Assembly: GCA_037447435.1 (NCBI GenBank)
Contig: JBBIGR010000003.1
Coordinates: forward strand, 32,001-96,000
DNA: 64,000 nt
DNA from: Fibrobacteria bacterium
GTDB lineage: Bacteria > Fibrobacterota > Chitinivibrionia > Chitinivibrionales > FEN-1185
Direction: 5' to 3'
Made by a program: the position numbers and the translations under genes. The notes beneath the pieces are model-generated. The model was not told where the DNA came from, searched no databases, and worked only from the letters and a program-made list of their open reading frames with translations. Of this stretch, positions 10,248-20,362 are shown piece after piece; positions within the stretch are counted from its first letter, which is position 1, and each line of letters starts with the position of its first letter.

Positions 10248-11648
10248 ATGAAACAAATTTCGTTGCCTCTTGTTTTTACATGCATTCTAGGTTTCATGTT
10301 CGGCGTGTACGCAGCGACCATTTTTTCCGATGATTTTTCCGATTCGACAAAATCAAAATTAAACTGGATTTCAACCAGCCCTGGTTTTTCAATCAATTAC
10401 GCAAATGGCGCCGTTACCCTTAAAAACAACGATTCCGTATATACGGGTTTCCTCAATCATAATTTTTCAACAAAGCCGTCGAAGTTCACTCTTTCGGTAA
10501 AATTTACGATCAATTCAGCAGCCGTCAATGGTGCCGGGCTCATTTTTTGCCTGGACAATACGACCTCGCTCAAAGGGTATACTTTGCAAATTGGAAACGC
10601 CCAAAACCTGTACATTTATAAATATGGTACTGCAATAACGCCGATCGTTTCCAATAAAACAAGCTCGTATCTGACCGCCGTTACCAATACGATCACGGTA
10701 AGCAAAAGCTCCGATACGTTTAATATTTTTGTCAACGGCTATTTTGTTACCCGCTTTAACGATTCTCAATATGCAAACGGCGACTTCGGGGTCGTGGTGC
10801 CTCCCAAATCTACCATTCAAATCGATGATGTGGTCATGACCGATCAGTTTCAGCAAGGCGCCGTCGCTTCGAGTTTTGCGGATTCGTTTCTTGTGAGCGA
10901 GTTGATGGGGTGGAATATTGCAGCCATGGTCGGCAACGCGACCGTCGGCGCCGGAAAATGCGAATTGAACGATACGAGTTCCCTGTATTCCAGTCTTATA
11001 TTTACAGACGGTAATTTTCAGAAAGCTTCCATTAAAGCGGCGGTAAAACAAATAAGCGGTTCGGGTATGTATGGCATTACCTGGGTTTCGGTGATAGTAG
11101 GCACAAACGGCGGGGTGACGTATAAGCCGTATGCGTTTGTCGTTGATTCGGCCAGACAATATTCGATTGTGTACCCCGATAGCCCGACGGTAACGACAAT
11201 GCCGGCACAGTCATCCATTTATGGTGCTCTTGCCACCGACACCCTGGAAGTGTTGCAATATGCGACGCATTTCGTTTTTAAGGCAAACGGAACAATAATC
11301 AAGGACGACATTCCTGCAGCTTCCAATTATCGCATCGACGGCGCAGGATTATATGTCTCAACAAAAACCGCGGCATCGTATAGTTATTTTATCGTCGGCG
11401 GCGACAGTACCGGAGCAAAGCCGCCGATAACAAAAGTTAATTTGCCGCAATTGTCAATTCGCAAATCCGGATATCCGATTTTTTCGTCCCATAGCATTGT
11501 CTATGATATCTTAGGCAGAACAATCGGGGTATTCGATGAAAAAGGATTTCTAAAAGCACCTTTGACATACGGTCCTTATATTGTAATCAATAAAGATGGA
11601 CAGGGGAAAATTCTCAGGGCAAGCCGGGTGTTTAAAAATGTGGAGTAA
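10248..11648 (+). CDS. Secreted protein with two beta-sandwich (LamG/DUF1080-like) domains and a short T9SS-like C-terminus
   Basis: Signal peptide; two FSDDFS/FADSF...W modules; C-terminal VYDILGRTI. Alternative start at 10239. Confidence 0.65.
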   Translation: MKQISLPLVFTCILGFMFGVYAATIFSDDFSDSTKSKLNWISTSPGFSINYANGAVTLKNNDSVYTGFLNHNFSTKPSKFTLSVKFTINSAAVNGAGLIFCLDNTTSLKGYTLQIGNAQNLYIYKYGTAITPIVSNKTSSYLTAVTNTITVSKSSDTFNIFVNGYFVTRFNDSQYANGDFGVVVPPKSTIQIDDVVMTDQFQQGAVASSFADSFLVSELMGWNIAAMVGNATVGAGKCELNDTSSLYSSLIFTDGNFQKASIKAAVKQISGSGMYGITWVSVIVGTNGGVTYKPYAFVVDSARQYSIVYPDSPTVTTMPAQSSIYGALATDTLEVLQYATHFVFKANGTIIKDDIPAASNYRIDGAGLYVSTKTAASYSYFIVGGDSTGAKPPITKVNLPQLSIRKSGYPIFSSHSIVYDILGRTIGVFDEKGFLKAPLTYGPYIVINKDGQGKILRASRVFKNVE

Positions 11649-11683
11649 CGGTTTGCTTTTCTGAGCCTCGGTTTCAAATAAAC

Positions 11684-11716
11684 AAAAAGCCCAGTTGACA
11701 ACAACCGGGCTTTTTT
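11684..11716. terminator. Bidirectional intrinsic terminator
   Basis: AAAAAGCCCAGTTG-ACAA-CAACCGGGCTTTTTT between convergent genes. Confidence 0.8.
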
Positions 11717-11738
11717 AATCTGAGAGCAATTTTTTTTG

Positions 11739-11921
11739 TTAGGTCTTGGACATTGCTTTAAGACATTTCATGCAAATCTTCATTTTCTTTGTTGCGCCGC
11801 TTGTTTTTGTCTTGATCGTCCGCAAATTTGGTAAGAATTTCCTCTTATTAACATTATGTGCGTGCGAAATTGTTGATCCGGACATCGGGTGCTTGCCGCA
11901 CACCTCGCATGTTTTCGACAT
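11739..11921 (-). CDS. rpmB: 50S ribosomal protein L28
   Basis: [10 protein letters not shown]...[16 protein letters not shown]...ICMKCLK (zinc-binding form); GGAGG RBS. Confidence 0.95.
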   Translation of the reverse strand: MSKTCEVCGKHPMSGSTISHAHNVNKRKFLPNLRTIKTKTSGATKKMKICMKCLKAMSKT

Positions 11922-12177
11922 TTCATCCTCCTGATTAAATAGTAATCTTCTAATATAAATTATCTAGCTCATAGGTTTCAAGATATTTCGTGTTAAAAAA
12001 ATGGATTAACACAAGCCTTCCTATCAAATTTCATTTTTGCGGACAAACCAAGCACGATTCAAAATATGTCTACCTAACGGGTGGATTCAATCAAAGCGAC
12101 AACTTATCCCGCAGTGAACTGCGGGTTAGTATTTTAAATGGACAAATACTTTTATTGTAGGTACCAGGATTAACGGC

Positions 12178-12765
12178 ATGATAGAATTTTTAAAACCCGG
12201 ATATAATGCTGCATTGAATCCATTTGCAAAGCTTTGTATCAAGATTGGAATAACGCCGAATGCAATTACGATAATCGGCGTTGTATTGAGCTTTATTGCT
12301 GCCTATTGCATTGCGTTTGGTTCATGGGGCATTGCCGCGGTCGTTATCTCCATTGCAGCTTGTATGGACGGCCTTGATGGACTTGTAGCACGGCTATCGA
12401 ATCAAAAAAGCCTTTTCGGTGCGGTATTTGATTCTACCTGCGACAGGATCACCGAATTTATCTGGTTCCTCGGTATAAGCATTTACTTTTTGCATGGTTC
12501 CTATTTTGTACACATTGGCGTAATTTCAGCTTTTTGTGCAATGGCATCATCGTTTATGGTAAGCTATATACGCGCGCGGTGCGAAGGTGAACGAATACAG
12601 TGCTCCCGTGGGATAATGCAAAGGCCGGAGCGCATTATTATCCTTGTTTTTTGCTTGCTCTGCGGTATGCGTGTCATGATCGGCGGCCTTGTCGTGATTA
12701 CTGTCCTGGGAGTCGTCACTGTGTGTCAACGTTTAATCGTTGCAAAAAGCGCTTCTCCCCGTTAA
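12178..12765 (+). CDS. CDP-alcohol phosphatidyltransferase family protein
   Basis: TPNAIT and the DGLDGLVAR...GAVFDSTCDR signature; SYIRAR.E; RPER. Confidence 0.9.
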   Translation: MIEFLKPGYNAALNPFAKLCIKIGITPNAITIIGVVLSFIAAYCIAFGSWGIAAVVISIAACMDGLDGLVARLSNQKSLFGAVFDSTCDRITEFIWFLGISIYFLHGSYFVHIGVISAFCAMASSFMVSYIRARCEGERIQCSRGIMQRPERIIILVFCLLCGMRVMIGGLVVITVLGVVTVCQRLIVAKSASPR

Positions 12766-12787
12766 AATTATCAGGAGAAATTGACCT

Positions 12788-14137
12788 ATGTTTTTTTTGT
12801 CTATACGGTTCTGGAAGAATTTCCTGGCAAATCCCAAAGATTCGCTCGATAGCTTGAAGAATTCCCAAAGCAGGGTCATATATCCGCTGTTGAAATTTGT
12901 CACCTTTGTAAGGATTGTTTTTGCAGAATATTTTATGAACCATTGTATTACGCGGGCTTCGGCGGTTGCTTTTGCCCTCCTCTTAACCCTGATTCCGCTT
13001 TTAATATGCACCTCGTTTATGTTGACCAAGGTAATGGATGTGCGGTTGCCGATCATGGAAAAGGTCGTTGCTTTTTTTCTCCCGTTTGCGCCGCAGGCAA
13101 TTCTGTCCAGTCTCAGCACTTTTCTTGCGAATGCACAGAAAATAAGGGGGCTTGGCATAGGGGCGCTCATTATCGTGACGCTCGGTCTCTTTGCAACGGT
13201 AGAGCAATCGCTTAATACGATTTGGAAAGTCATGCAGGCCCGATCGTTTTTCGTGCGGTTGCGCACCTTTACCATGGTAGTCGTGTATAGTCCGATTTTA
13301 TTTTTTGCCTCGTTCCAGGTTCGAAGGAGCATGGCAATAGATATCAAACAATTTTACATTTATTCGCTCGACATGCTGTCGTTTGTATTGACTTCATTGG
13401 CATTTGTGGTTTTCATTTGGGTTGTACCCAATACAAAGGTCAAATTCAAATATGCGGCATTAGGCGGCTGTGTTTCGGGGATATTGTTCGAAATGGAGCG
13501 TCTTTGGTTTTCCGCCTATGTAAGTTATAATACGCAAACGCTGACCATTTACGGGGCTTTCGGCATTTTTGTTTTTTTTCTTGTATCTCTATTGCTTGCC
13601 GCCTGTTTTATCCTGTTTGGTGCGGAAGTAGCGTTCGTGGCTCAAAATTTTAAACCCTTGCTTCGTGCGAAAAGACGCTGGGATCGCCGAATCAGCGACT
13701 TCAAGACTTATATCAGCATGCGAGTCATGGTGGATATCATCAAGTCGTTTATGGCAAAAAAGCGTCCGCCCGCGCTTTCCTATTTTATGCGTCAATATGA
13801 AATGACCGATACCCAGGCACAAGGAATTCTTAATGCCCTTGTCAAGGCGGAATTCCTTCATGTTGTCGCCGATAACGGCAATGGGGAAGAAGGATATGTT
13901 CCCTCCCAGGATTTTGCAAATATCCGGATCAGGGAAATTTTCGATGTGATTGAAGACGAGAATCGGCGTATTGCTTCGACACCCGACGATTGTGCGAGAA
14001 AATGCATTGCCGCAATTATCGCCGGAATAAAGCATCGTCCCTCTGCGCCTACCGACAATTTGACCTTTGCCCAACTTATCCAGGACATCGATTCCGGTGA
14101 AATGCAGGCCAAGAAAATGGCACAGCTTGTTTCATGA
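12788..14137 (+). CDS. YihY/BrkB family inner-membrane protein with soluble C-terminal (wHTH-like) extension
   Basis: RASAVAFALLLTLIPL, LNTIW, VPN, IYGAFG, LFGAE motifs; about 150-aa soluble tail. Confidence 0.85.
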   Translation: MFFLSIRFWKNFLANPKDSLDSLKNSQSRVIYPLLKFVTFVRIVFAEYFMNHCITRASAVAFALLLTLIPLLICTSFMLTKVMDVRLPIMEKVVAFFLPFAPQAILSSLSTFLANAQKIRGLGIGALIIVTLGLFATVEQSLNTIWKVMQARSFFVRLRTFTMVVVYSPILFFASFQVRRSMAIDIKQFYIYSLDMLSFVLTSLAFVVFIWVVPNTKVKFKYAALGGCVSGILFEMERLWFSAYVSYNTQTLTIYGAFGIFVFFLVSLLLAACFILFGAEVAFVAQNFKPLLRAKRRWDRRISDFKTYISMRVMVDIIKSFMAKKRPPALSYFMRQYEMTDTQAQGILNALVKAEFLHVVADNGNGEEGYVPSQDFANIRIREIFDVIEDENRRIASTPDDCARKCIAAIIAGIKHRPSAPTDNLTFAQLIQDIDSGEMQAKKMAQLVS

Positions 14138-14142
14138 TTCCA

Positions 14143-14949
14143 TCAGGTGTTGCAGGTGGCTTTTTTATATGCGGAAACGCTTTTAGAGAGCTTTGAAAGC
14201 ATTGTCGAGGTATTGCCGGCGTTATCTTCGATGATCTTAACAAGAGCGCTTCCTACTATGGCGCCATGAGCTCCGGCCGTAACCATTTTTTTTACATGGA
14301 CGGGTGTCGATATACCGAATCCCACGCATAAGGGTTTTTCCGTAATTTTAGAAAGTTTCGCCAACGTAGTATGTACCGATGTGCTCATGTCCGATTGCAC
14401 TCCGGTAGTTCCAAGGCGGGACACGACATAGACAAATCCCGAAACGGTATCGCAAATGTATTTCATCCTGCTTTGCGGCGTCAGCTCGGAAACGATGTAA
14501 ACCGATTGCAAATTATGCCGGGCCATTGCTTTTGCGAGTTCGCCGGACTCTTCAGGCGGCATGTCCGCGACAAGAAGGCTATCGATGCCCGCATCTTCGG
14601 AACGACTGCAAAATTCTTCAAACCCCATGTGGAAAGCCGAATTGGCATACATGAGAATGCCGATAGGGCACTGTGTATATTTCCGGATTTTTTTAAGTAT
14701 GCTAAAAAAAGAATCGTAATTGAACCCGGCTTCGATGGAACGTATCGCGGCACGTTGATTAATAGGACCATCGGCAACGGGGTCGGAAAAAGGAAACCCA
14801 ATTTCAAGGATGTCGGCGCCGCTGTCGACATAAGCCTTAAATATCGCTTCACTCGCTTTTGCCGAAGGATCTCCAGCAACGGCAAAGGGAATGAATGCGA
14901 TTTCATTTTTCTTTTTTAATTCTTCGAATGTCCGTTCGTACCTGTTCAT
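14143..14949 (-). CDS. trpA: Tryptophan synthase alpha chain
   Basis: LEIGFPFSDPVADGP, SRLGTTG, VGFGIS, IVGSA. Confidence 0.97.
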   Translation of the reverse strand: MNRYERTFEELKKKNEIAFIPFAVAGDPSAKASEAIFKAYVDSGADILEIGFPFSDPVADGPINQRAAIRSIEAGFNYDSFFSILKKIRKYTQCPIGILMYANSAFHMGFEEFCSRSEDAGIDSLLVADMPPEESGELAKAMARHNLQSVYIVSELTPQSRMKYICDTVSGFVYVVSRLGTTGVQSDMSTSVHTTLAKLSKITEKPLCVGFGISTPVHVKKMVTAGAHGAIVGSALVKIIEDNAGNTSTMLSKLSKSVSAYKKATCNT

Positions 14950-14982
14950 AGCCGATTAGCACCTGTATTTATGAATTATACG

Positions 14983-16185
14983 CTATATCTTTATTTTTAA
15001 AAAATCGGCGACGTGGAAAATATCTTTGTCGCCCCGGCCCGATAAATTGACAATCATGAGTTTGTTCTTCGGCATTGCCGGCGCGGTTTTTATCGCATAT
15101 GCAAGGGCGTGCGACGATTCAAGTGCGGGAATAATGCCTTCGTATTCGCACATCATCCGAAATGCCGACATGGCTTCCTCATCGGTCGCATAGGTATAGT
15201 TCGCCCTGCCCGATTCATACAAATAAGAATGTTCGGGGCCGACGCCGCTGTAATCCAATCCTGCGGATATCGAATGAGTGGTTGCAATCTGGCCGTTATC
15301 ATCCTGAAGCACGTAGGATAGGGAACCGTGTAAAATTCCTTTTTTCGCCTGTTTCGACGGGGACAAGCGGATGGCATGCAATTTTGTATCTATGCCGAGG
15401 CCGCCGGCTTCAACACCGATAAGTTTTACCTTTGTCTCATTTAAAAAAGCGGAGAAAATGCCCATTGAATTTGATCCGCCGCCGACACAGGCGACGATTG
15501 CATCGGGCAACCTGCCCTCTAAGGAGAGTATTTGTTTCCTTGTTTCTTTACCAATAATAGATTGAAAGTCCCGCACCATCGATGGAAACGGATGGGGGCC
15601 AAGGGTGGAACCGAATACATAATGGGTATGCGGGCAAGAAAGGGTCCAGTCGCGCATGGCTTCATTGACTGCGTCTTTCAAGGTCTTATTGCCGCTTTCG
15701 ACGGGGATTACTTTTGTTCCAAGCAAATTCATGCGAAATACGTTCGGTCGTTGTCTTGCCATGTCGACGGTACCCATATAAATATCGCATGTTAGATCAA
15801 GAAGCGCTGCACAAGTAGCCGTAGCCACTCCATGTTGGCCCGCTCCGGTCTCGGCAATGACGCGTGTTTTCCCCATGTACTTTGCCAAAAGCGATTGTCC
15901 CAATGAATTGGTTATTTTGTGGGCGCCGGTATGGTTAAGGTCTTCACGCTTGATATAAATCTTGCAACCGCCGAGTTTTTGAGTCAGGCGTTTTGCAAAA
16001 TACAACGCCGTCGGCCTGCCGCAATACGTGTGCAATAAATCGGAATATTGTCTTGTAAAGGATTTATCTTTTTTTGCAGTCGCATATGCTTTTTCAATTT
16101 CCGCAAGTGCGGGCATTAACGTTTCCGGGGCAAATTGACCGCCAAAGTTCCCAAAATACCCTTTAGTAAATTGCTTTTTTTTCAT
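14983..16185 (-). CDS. trpB: Tryptophan synthase beta chain
   Basis: [12 protein letters not shown] (PLP lysine), [28 protein letters not shown]. Confidence 0.97.
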   Translation of the reverse strand: MKKKQFTKGYFGNFGGQFAPETLMPALAEIEKAYATAKKDKSFTRQYSDLLHTYCGRPTALYFAKRLTQKLGGCKIYIKREDLNHTGAHKITNSLGQSLLAKYMGKTRVIAETGAGQHGVATATCAALLDLTCDIYMGTVDMARQRPNVFRMNLLGTKVIPVESGNKTLKDAVNEAMRDWTLSCPHTHYVFGSTLGPHPFPSMVRDFQSIIGKETRKQILSLEGRLPDAIVACVGGGSNSMGIFSAFLNETKVKLIGVEAGGLGIDTKLHAIRLSPSKQAKKGILHGSLSYVLQDDNGQIATTHSISAGLDYSGVGPEHSYLYESGRANYTYATDEEAMSAFRMMCEYEGIIPALESSHALAYAIKTAPAMPKNKLMIVNLSGRGDKDIFHVADFLKIKI

Positions 16186-17141
16186 GATATTATTTTGAAT
16201 AAACGGCCTATCCGTAAAAAACGGTTTCCTTCATCGGTCCGTCCGATGGACCATACGACACAGACTATTCTTCCGCCGACATACGTTGACGTTACAGGAC
16301 CAAAAAACCGCGAGTCGTATCCTTTTTGCCAATCGTCGGCTAAAAGGAATATACATGATTGGGTAAAAGTGTAATTAAATTGGCGCACACCGTTTTGCAT
16401 AAGCGAAAATGAAAGCTCGACATCTTTCCCCTGAAGCGATTGCCGAAGATAATCATGTGCTCTGTCCCAAAAGAACCAGTCGAATTCATGTTCCTTGGGT
16501 ACCGAATCGATAGGACCTTTGTACAGGTAAAAATCGGTAAAAACAAAAGAGGGAGCGGTGTCTCCATTTATATAGAGCGACGGTTTTATATCAAAGGAAG
16601 CTTTGGGGTTTTCTTGACGGATTAGCGAAACGGTAAAGAAAAAATCCCTCAGGGACAACGAATCAAGGGCGATGCTTTCGCCTTTTTGCGGTAATACGTA
16701 CAAACCCATGGAATCCCGGGGTGAATAATCCGGAGGCAGGCTTTCTTCGTTTTTCGGCAATGCCGAAAATTCCATGTCGGGCTTATTGATAATATGGAAA
16801 TTTCCTCTGGAAACGAAAACGGAATCTCCGCTTTTTGCCGCTATACGCAAACAGGCTGCATACCGGAACAGTAACGGATCGTTCACGATCACCGGCGATT
16901 TCCTGAATTGCGGACAACACAGCGAAAGCGGCCATACATTTAATAGCCGCAGCACTATTGTCCTGTCGCCGTCGATAAGTTTGGGCGCCATTTGATCGGT
17001 TCGTATGAGCACCGAATCAAAAATAATAAATTTGACTGCCGCGGCGATTGCAATGACAATTGCGAGCCATCGAACTATACGATAGGTAACGAATCGGCCG
17101 TCTATCGGTGCGGTTACATTGGCATTGGGGTCTGTGGCCAC
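16182..17141 (-). CDS. Signal peptidase I (S26)-like protein, catalytic Ser/Lys apparently substituted
   Basis: Directly downstream of lepA; N-terminal TM helix; box [15 protein letters not shown], box [11 protein letters not shown], box [10 protein letters not shown]. Confidence 0.75.
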   Translation of the reverse strand: MATDPNANVTAPIDGRFVTYRIVRWLAIVIAIAAAVKFIIFDSVLIRTDQMAPKLIDGDRTIVLRLLNVWPLSLCCPQFRKSPVIVNDPLLFRYAACLRIAAKSGDSVFVSRGNFHIINKPDMEFSALPKNEESLPPDYSPRDSMGLYVLPQKGESIALDSLSLRDFFFTVSLIRQENPKASFDIKPSLYINGDTAPSFVFTDFYLYKGPIDSVPKEHEFDWFFWDRAHDYLRQSLQGKDVELSFSLMQNGVRQFNYTFTQSCIFLLADDWQKGYDSRFFGPVTSTYVGGRIVCVVWSIGRTDEGNRFLRIGRLFKIIS

Positions 17142-17143
17142 AA

Positions 17144-18943
17144 TTACTCCCGGGCCAGCACCGCAAGGAAGGCTTCCTGCGGTATTTCCACATTGCCAAT
17201 TTGTTTCATGCGCTTTTTACCTTCCTTTTGCTTTTCCAACAGTTTCCGTTTTCTGGAAATATCACCGCCATAGCATTTCGACGTGACGTCTTTTCTGAAG
17301 GGTTTAACCGTGGTTCGCGCAATGATCCGTGAAGAAATAGCTGCCTGGATCGCCACCTCGTACATTTGCCGAGGGATCAGGTCCTTTAGTTTCGATGTTA
17401 TCATCTGTCCATAGGAATGGGTCTTTTCCTTATGAATGATCGTGGAAAACGCATCGACTGGCGCTCCGTTGATAAGGATGTCGAGTTTGCAAAGATCGTC
17501 TTCCTTATAACAGTCGAATTCGTAATCCATGGACGCATACCCCTTCGAAATGCTCTTAAGCCTGTCGAAAAAGTCGATAATAATTTCCGACAACGGCAGT
17601 TGATAGTGCATGCACACACGCGTCGGTTCCATATATTCCATGACGCCCATAACGCCGCGTTTATCTTCGCACAATTTCATGATCGCACCGACAAATTCGG
17701 TCGGCGTGATTATTTGAACTTTGTCGATTGGCTCGGCAATGGAAAGTACATAATTGTCGGGCGGCAATTTCGCCGGGCTTTCGATGAAAAGTTCTTCGTT
17801 GTTTTTCGTGATGATACGGTATTTTACGTTGGGCACCGTCGTAATGATGTTGACGTTGAATTCTCTGAACAGACGTTCCTGCACCACTTCCATATGCAAC
17901 AGCCCCAAAAAACCTGCTCTGAAACCAAAGCCCAATGCGGCGGAAGTTTCGGGTTCATAAGACAAAGAGGAGTCGTTGAGCTTGAGTTTTTCAAGAGACG
18001 ACCTAAGATTTTCGTAGTCGTCTTTGTCAACGGGATAAATCCCGGAAAACACCATGGGCTTGACTTCTTTGTATCCCGCAACCGGCGTTTCGACACCGTT
18101 CAAACGGTTCGTTACCGTATCGCCGATTTTAATATCCGATACGGTCTTGACGTTTGCAATTAAATAGCCCACTTCGCCGGGAGTAAGCGTTTGAGCCGGG
18201 TGGCGGCCGAGCCTGAAAAAACCGATTTCCTGAACTTCATATTCGGTTGCGGTATTAAAGAATTTAACCGCATCCCGGACATTCATTTGTCCTTCGAATA
18301 TCCGCACATAGGCGACTGCGCCGCGGAATGAATCGAATTTCGAATCAAATATCAAAGCTTTTAGCGGATTGGTTATTAAGCCTTTGGGAGGCGGTACGCA
18401 TTCAACGACCCGTTCCAGAATCGGCGGTACGCCGATGCCGGTTTTCGCACTGCAACGAAGTATGCTTGTCGGGTCTACGCCGAGCAAATCTCCGATTTGC
18501 CGTGCCACTTCATCGGGATGTGCCGAAGGTAAATCCACTTTATTCATGACCGGGATAATCTCAAGATTATTGTCCAGAGCAAGATACACATTGGTGAGTG
18601 TTTGCGCTTCAATGCCCTGGCTGGCATCGACGACGAGAATTGCGCCTTCACATGCGGCAAGCGACCGTGAAACTTCATATGAAAAGTCAACATGGCCCGG
18701 CGTATCGATGAGGTTGAAACAATACTCTTTCCCGTCGGCCGCCTTATAGTTCATACGGACCGGATGCGACTTGATTGTTATGCCGCGCTCGCGTTCGAGA
18801 TCCATATCATCAAGGATTTGGTCCTGCATTCTATCTTTTGCAACAGTACCTGTTATTTCCAAGAAACGATCGGCAAGAGTCGATTTGCCGTGGTCGATAT
18901 GCGCGATGATGCAGAAATTCCGGATAAGATCAATGTTTTGCAA
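17144..18943 (-). CDS. lepA: Elongation factor 4 (LepA)
   Basis: IRNFCIIAHIDHGKSTLADR, DTPGHVDF, KCYGGDISRKRKLLEKQKEGK. TTG start at 18943 follows GGAG. Confidence 0.97.
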   Translation of the reverse strand: MQNIDLIRNFCIIAHIDHGKSTLADRFLEITGTVAKDRMQDQILDDMDLERERGITIKSHPVRMNYKAADGKEYCFNLIDTPGHVDFSYEVSRSLAACEGAILVVDASQGIEAQTLTNVYLALDNNLEIIPVMNKVDLPSAHPDEVARQIGDLLGVDPTSILRCSAKTGIGVPPILERVVECVPPPKGLITNPLKALIFDSKFDSFRGAVAYVRIFEGQMNVRDAVKFFNTATEYEVQEIGFFRLGRHPAQTLTPGEVGYLIANVKTVSDIKIGDTVTNRLNGVETPVAGYKEVKPMVFSGIYPVDKDDYENLRSSLEKLKLNDSSLSYEPETSAALGFGFRAGFLGLLHMEVVQERLFREFNVNIITTVPNVKYRIITKNNEELFIESPAKLPPDNYVLSIAEPIDKVQIITPTEFVGAIMKLCEDKRGVMGVMEYMEPTRVCMHYQLPLSEIIIDFFDRLKSISKGYASMDYEFDCYKEDDLCKLDILINGAPVDAFSTIIHKEKTHSYGQMITSKLKDLIPRQMYEVAIQAAISSRIIARTTVKPFRKDVTSKCYGGDISRKRKLLEKQKEGKKRMKQIGNVEIPQEAFLAVLARE

Positions 18944-18997
18944 AGTTCGGTTCTCCGATAGGTGAAAATGGCCCAAAAGTCAAACGCATAAAATACA

Positions 18998-19318
18998 CTA
19001 TGCGCGTTTGGGTTTTGGCTTCGGTAATTCCAGTGCCGTAATTCGTATCAATTCACTGAGCCATTCTTTGTTTTCGATATTATCATCAATAAGAAAATAA
19101 AGTTTGGCTCCGGGGTAGGGCGGGGCCTCCGTGGGATTCCCGATATATTTCTTTCCCCGAGCCGTAGGCTTGATAAAAAGTTGATTGTCGCAAATGAGGC
19201 CGACAACCTTGCCGTCGCTATACAATGCGTATTCGCCGAACATTTTCCTATAGGAAATCCTTCCGGCATTTTCAATTTGCTCCACAACGAAGTCGACGAA
19301 ATTCTTGTCGGAACCCAT
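18998..19318 (-). CDS. TfoX/Sxy N-terminal domain protein
   Basis: RKMFGEYALY.DGKVVGLICDNQLFIKPT...PYPGAK. Confidence 0.85.
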   Translation of the reverse strand: MGSDKNFVDFVVEQIENAGRISYRKMFGEYALYSDGKVVGLICDNQLFIKPTARGKKYIGNPTEAPPYPGAKLYFLIDDNIENKEWLSELIRITALELPKPKPKRA

Positions 19319-19353
19319 AATGTAGTGCACCTTTCCATGGAACGCTTTAAAAT

Positions 19354-19387
19354 AAAAAAGCCCCTGATCAAATCAGAGGCTTTTTTT
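19354..19387 (-). terminator. Intrinsic terminator after hisG
   Basis: AAAAAAGCCCCTGAT-CAA-ATCAGAGGCTTTTTTT. Confidence 0.75.
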
Positions 19388-19404
19388 GCAAAAAAAAACG
19401 TACG

Positions 19405-20274
19405 TTATGGAATTACTTTATTGACCGGGTATTCGACGATACCGGTTGCCCCTGCGCGTTTGAGAAGGGGTATTATTCGTTTGATTTCCTCAACGCGAAT
19501 AACGGTTTCCACCGCGCTCCATTTACCGTCCGACAATGTCGAAACCGTGGGATTATGCAGTGCGGGCAATACTTTGAGCACTCTTTCCAGATCGGCATCC
19601 TTGACATTGCATTTGAGGCCCGCATAACTTTCGGCATTGAGCGTTCCCTGTAAAAGGATCGTAATGTTTTCAAGCTTATGTTTTTTCTCTTCGTTTGCCC
19701 AGGCGCCTTTATTTGCAATAAGGATTGTCATGGTTTCCATGAGTACATCGATAACGCGGAGCCTGTTGGCTCGTAAAGACGACCCAGTTTCCGTAATGTC
19801 AACGATGGCATCGACGAGGCGCGGAGGCTTCACCTCGGTCGCACCCCATGAAAATTCCACATCGACGGGGATCTTTTTTTCTTTGAAAAAGCGCTTCGTC
19901 GTCGAAACCAATTCGGTCGCAATCCGTTTTCCTTTTAAATCCTGGGCTTTTTTAAACGGGGAGTCTTCGGAAACCGCCAACACCCATTTACAACGTTGCC
20001 GGGAAACTTTGCTGTATTCCAATTCGCAAACGCGGACGACTCTGGCATTGTTTTCGACAGTCCAATCGAGACCTGTTATGCCCGCATCCAGGATTCCCTG
20101 TTCTACGTACCGGGGAATTTCCTGGGGTCTCATGAGAATAAGGTCCAGCTCCGGGTCATCGGATGTCGGGAAATACGATCTATCATCGGCCCGGATGTGA
20201 ATATCCGCCTTCTGGAACAGTTCGATTGTCGACTTCTGCAAGCTTCCTTTAGGCAGGCCGAGCGTAAGCTTCAT
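19405..20274 (-). CDS. hisG: ATP phosphoribosyltransferase (long form)
   Basis: [34 protein letters not shown]-terminal regulatory domain. Confidence 0.95.
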   Translation of the reverse strand: MKLTLGLPKGSLQKSTIELFQKADIHIRADDRSYFPTSDDPELDLILMRPQEIPRYVEQGILDAGITGLDWTVENNARVVRVCELEYSKVSRQRCKWVLAVSEDSPFKKAQDLKGKRIATELVSTTKRFFKEKKIPVDVEFSWGATEVKPPRLVDAIVDITETGSSLRANRLRVIDVLMETMTILIANKGAWANEEKKHKLENITILLQGTLNAESYAGLKCNVKDADLERVLKVLPALHNPTVSTLSDGKWSAVETVIRVEEIKRIIPLLKRAGATGIVEYPVNKVIP

Positions 20275-20309
20275 TATAAAATCCTTACAAGTTTAAAACA
20301 GAAACAAAG

Positions 20310-20343
20310 TGGAGCGCCGCCGACAATTTCCGGCGGCGCTCCA
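20310..20343 (-). terminator. Terminator hairpin after etfA
   Basis: TGGAGCGCCGCCG-N8-CGGCGGCGCTCCA, a 13-bp inverted repeat. Confidence 0.7.
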
Positions 20344-20362
20344 AAACCACCCTCTTGCTTTT

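Noticed and set aside
12108..12125. Hairpin CCCGCAG-TGAA-CTGCGGG as an IS200/IS605 end or REP
   Set aside because: Single copy with no transposase nearby; insufficient support.
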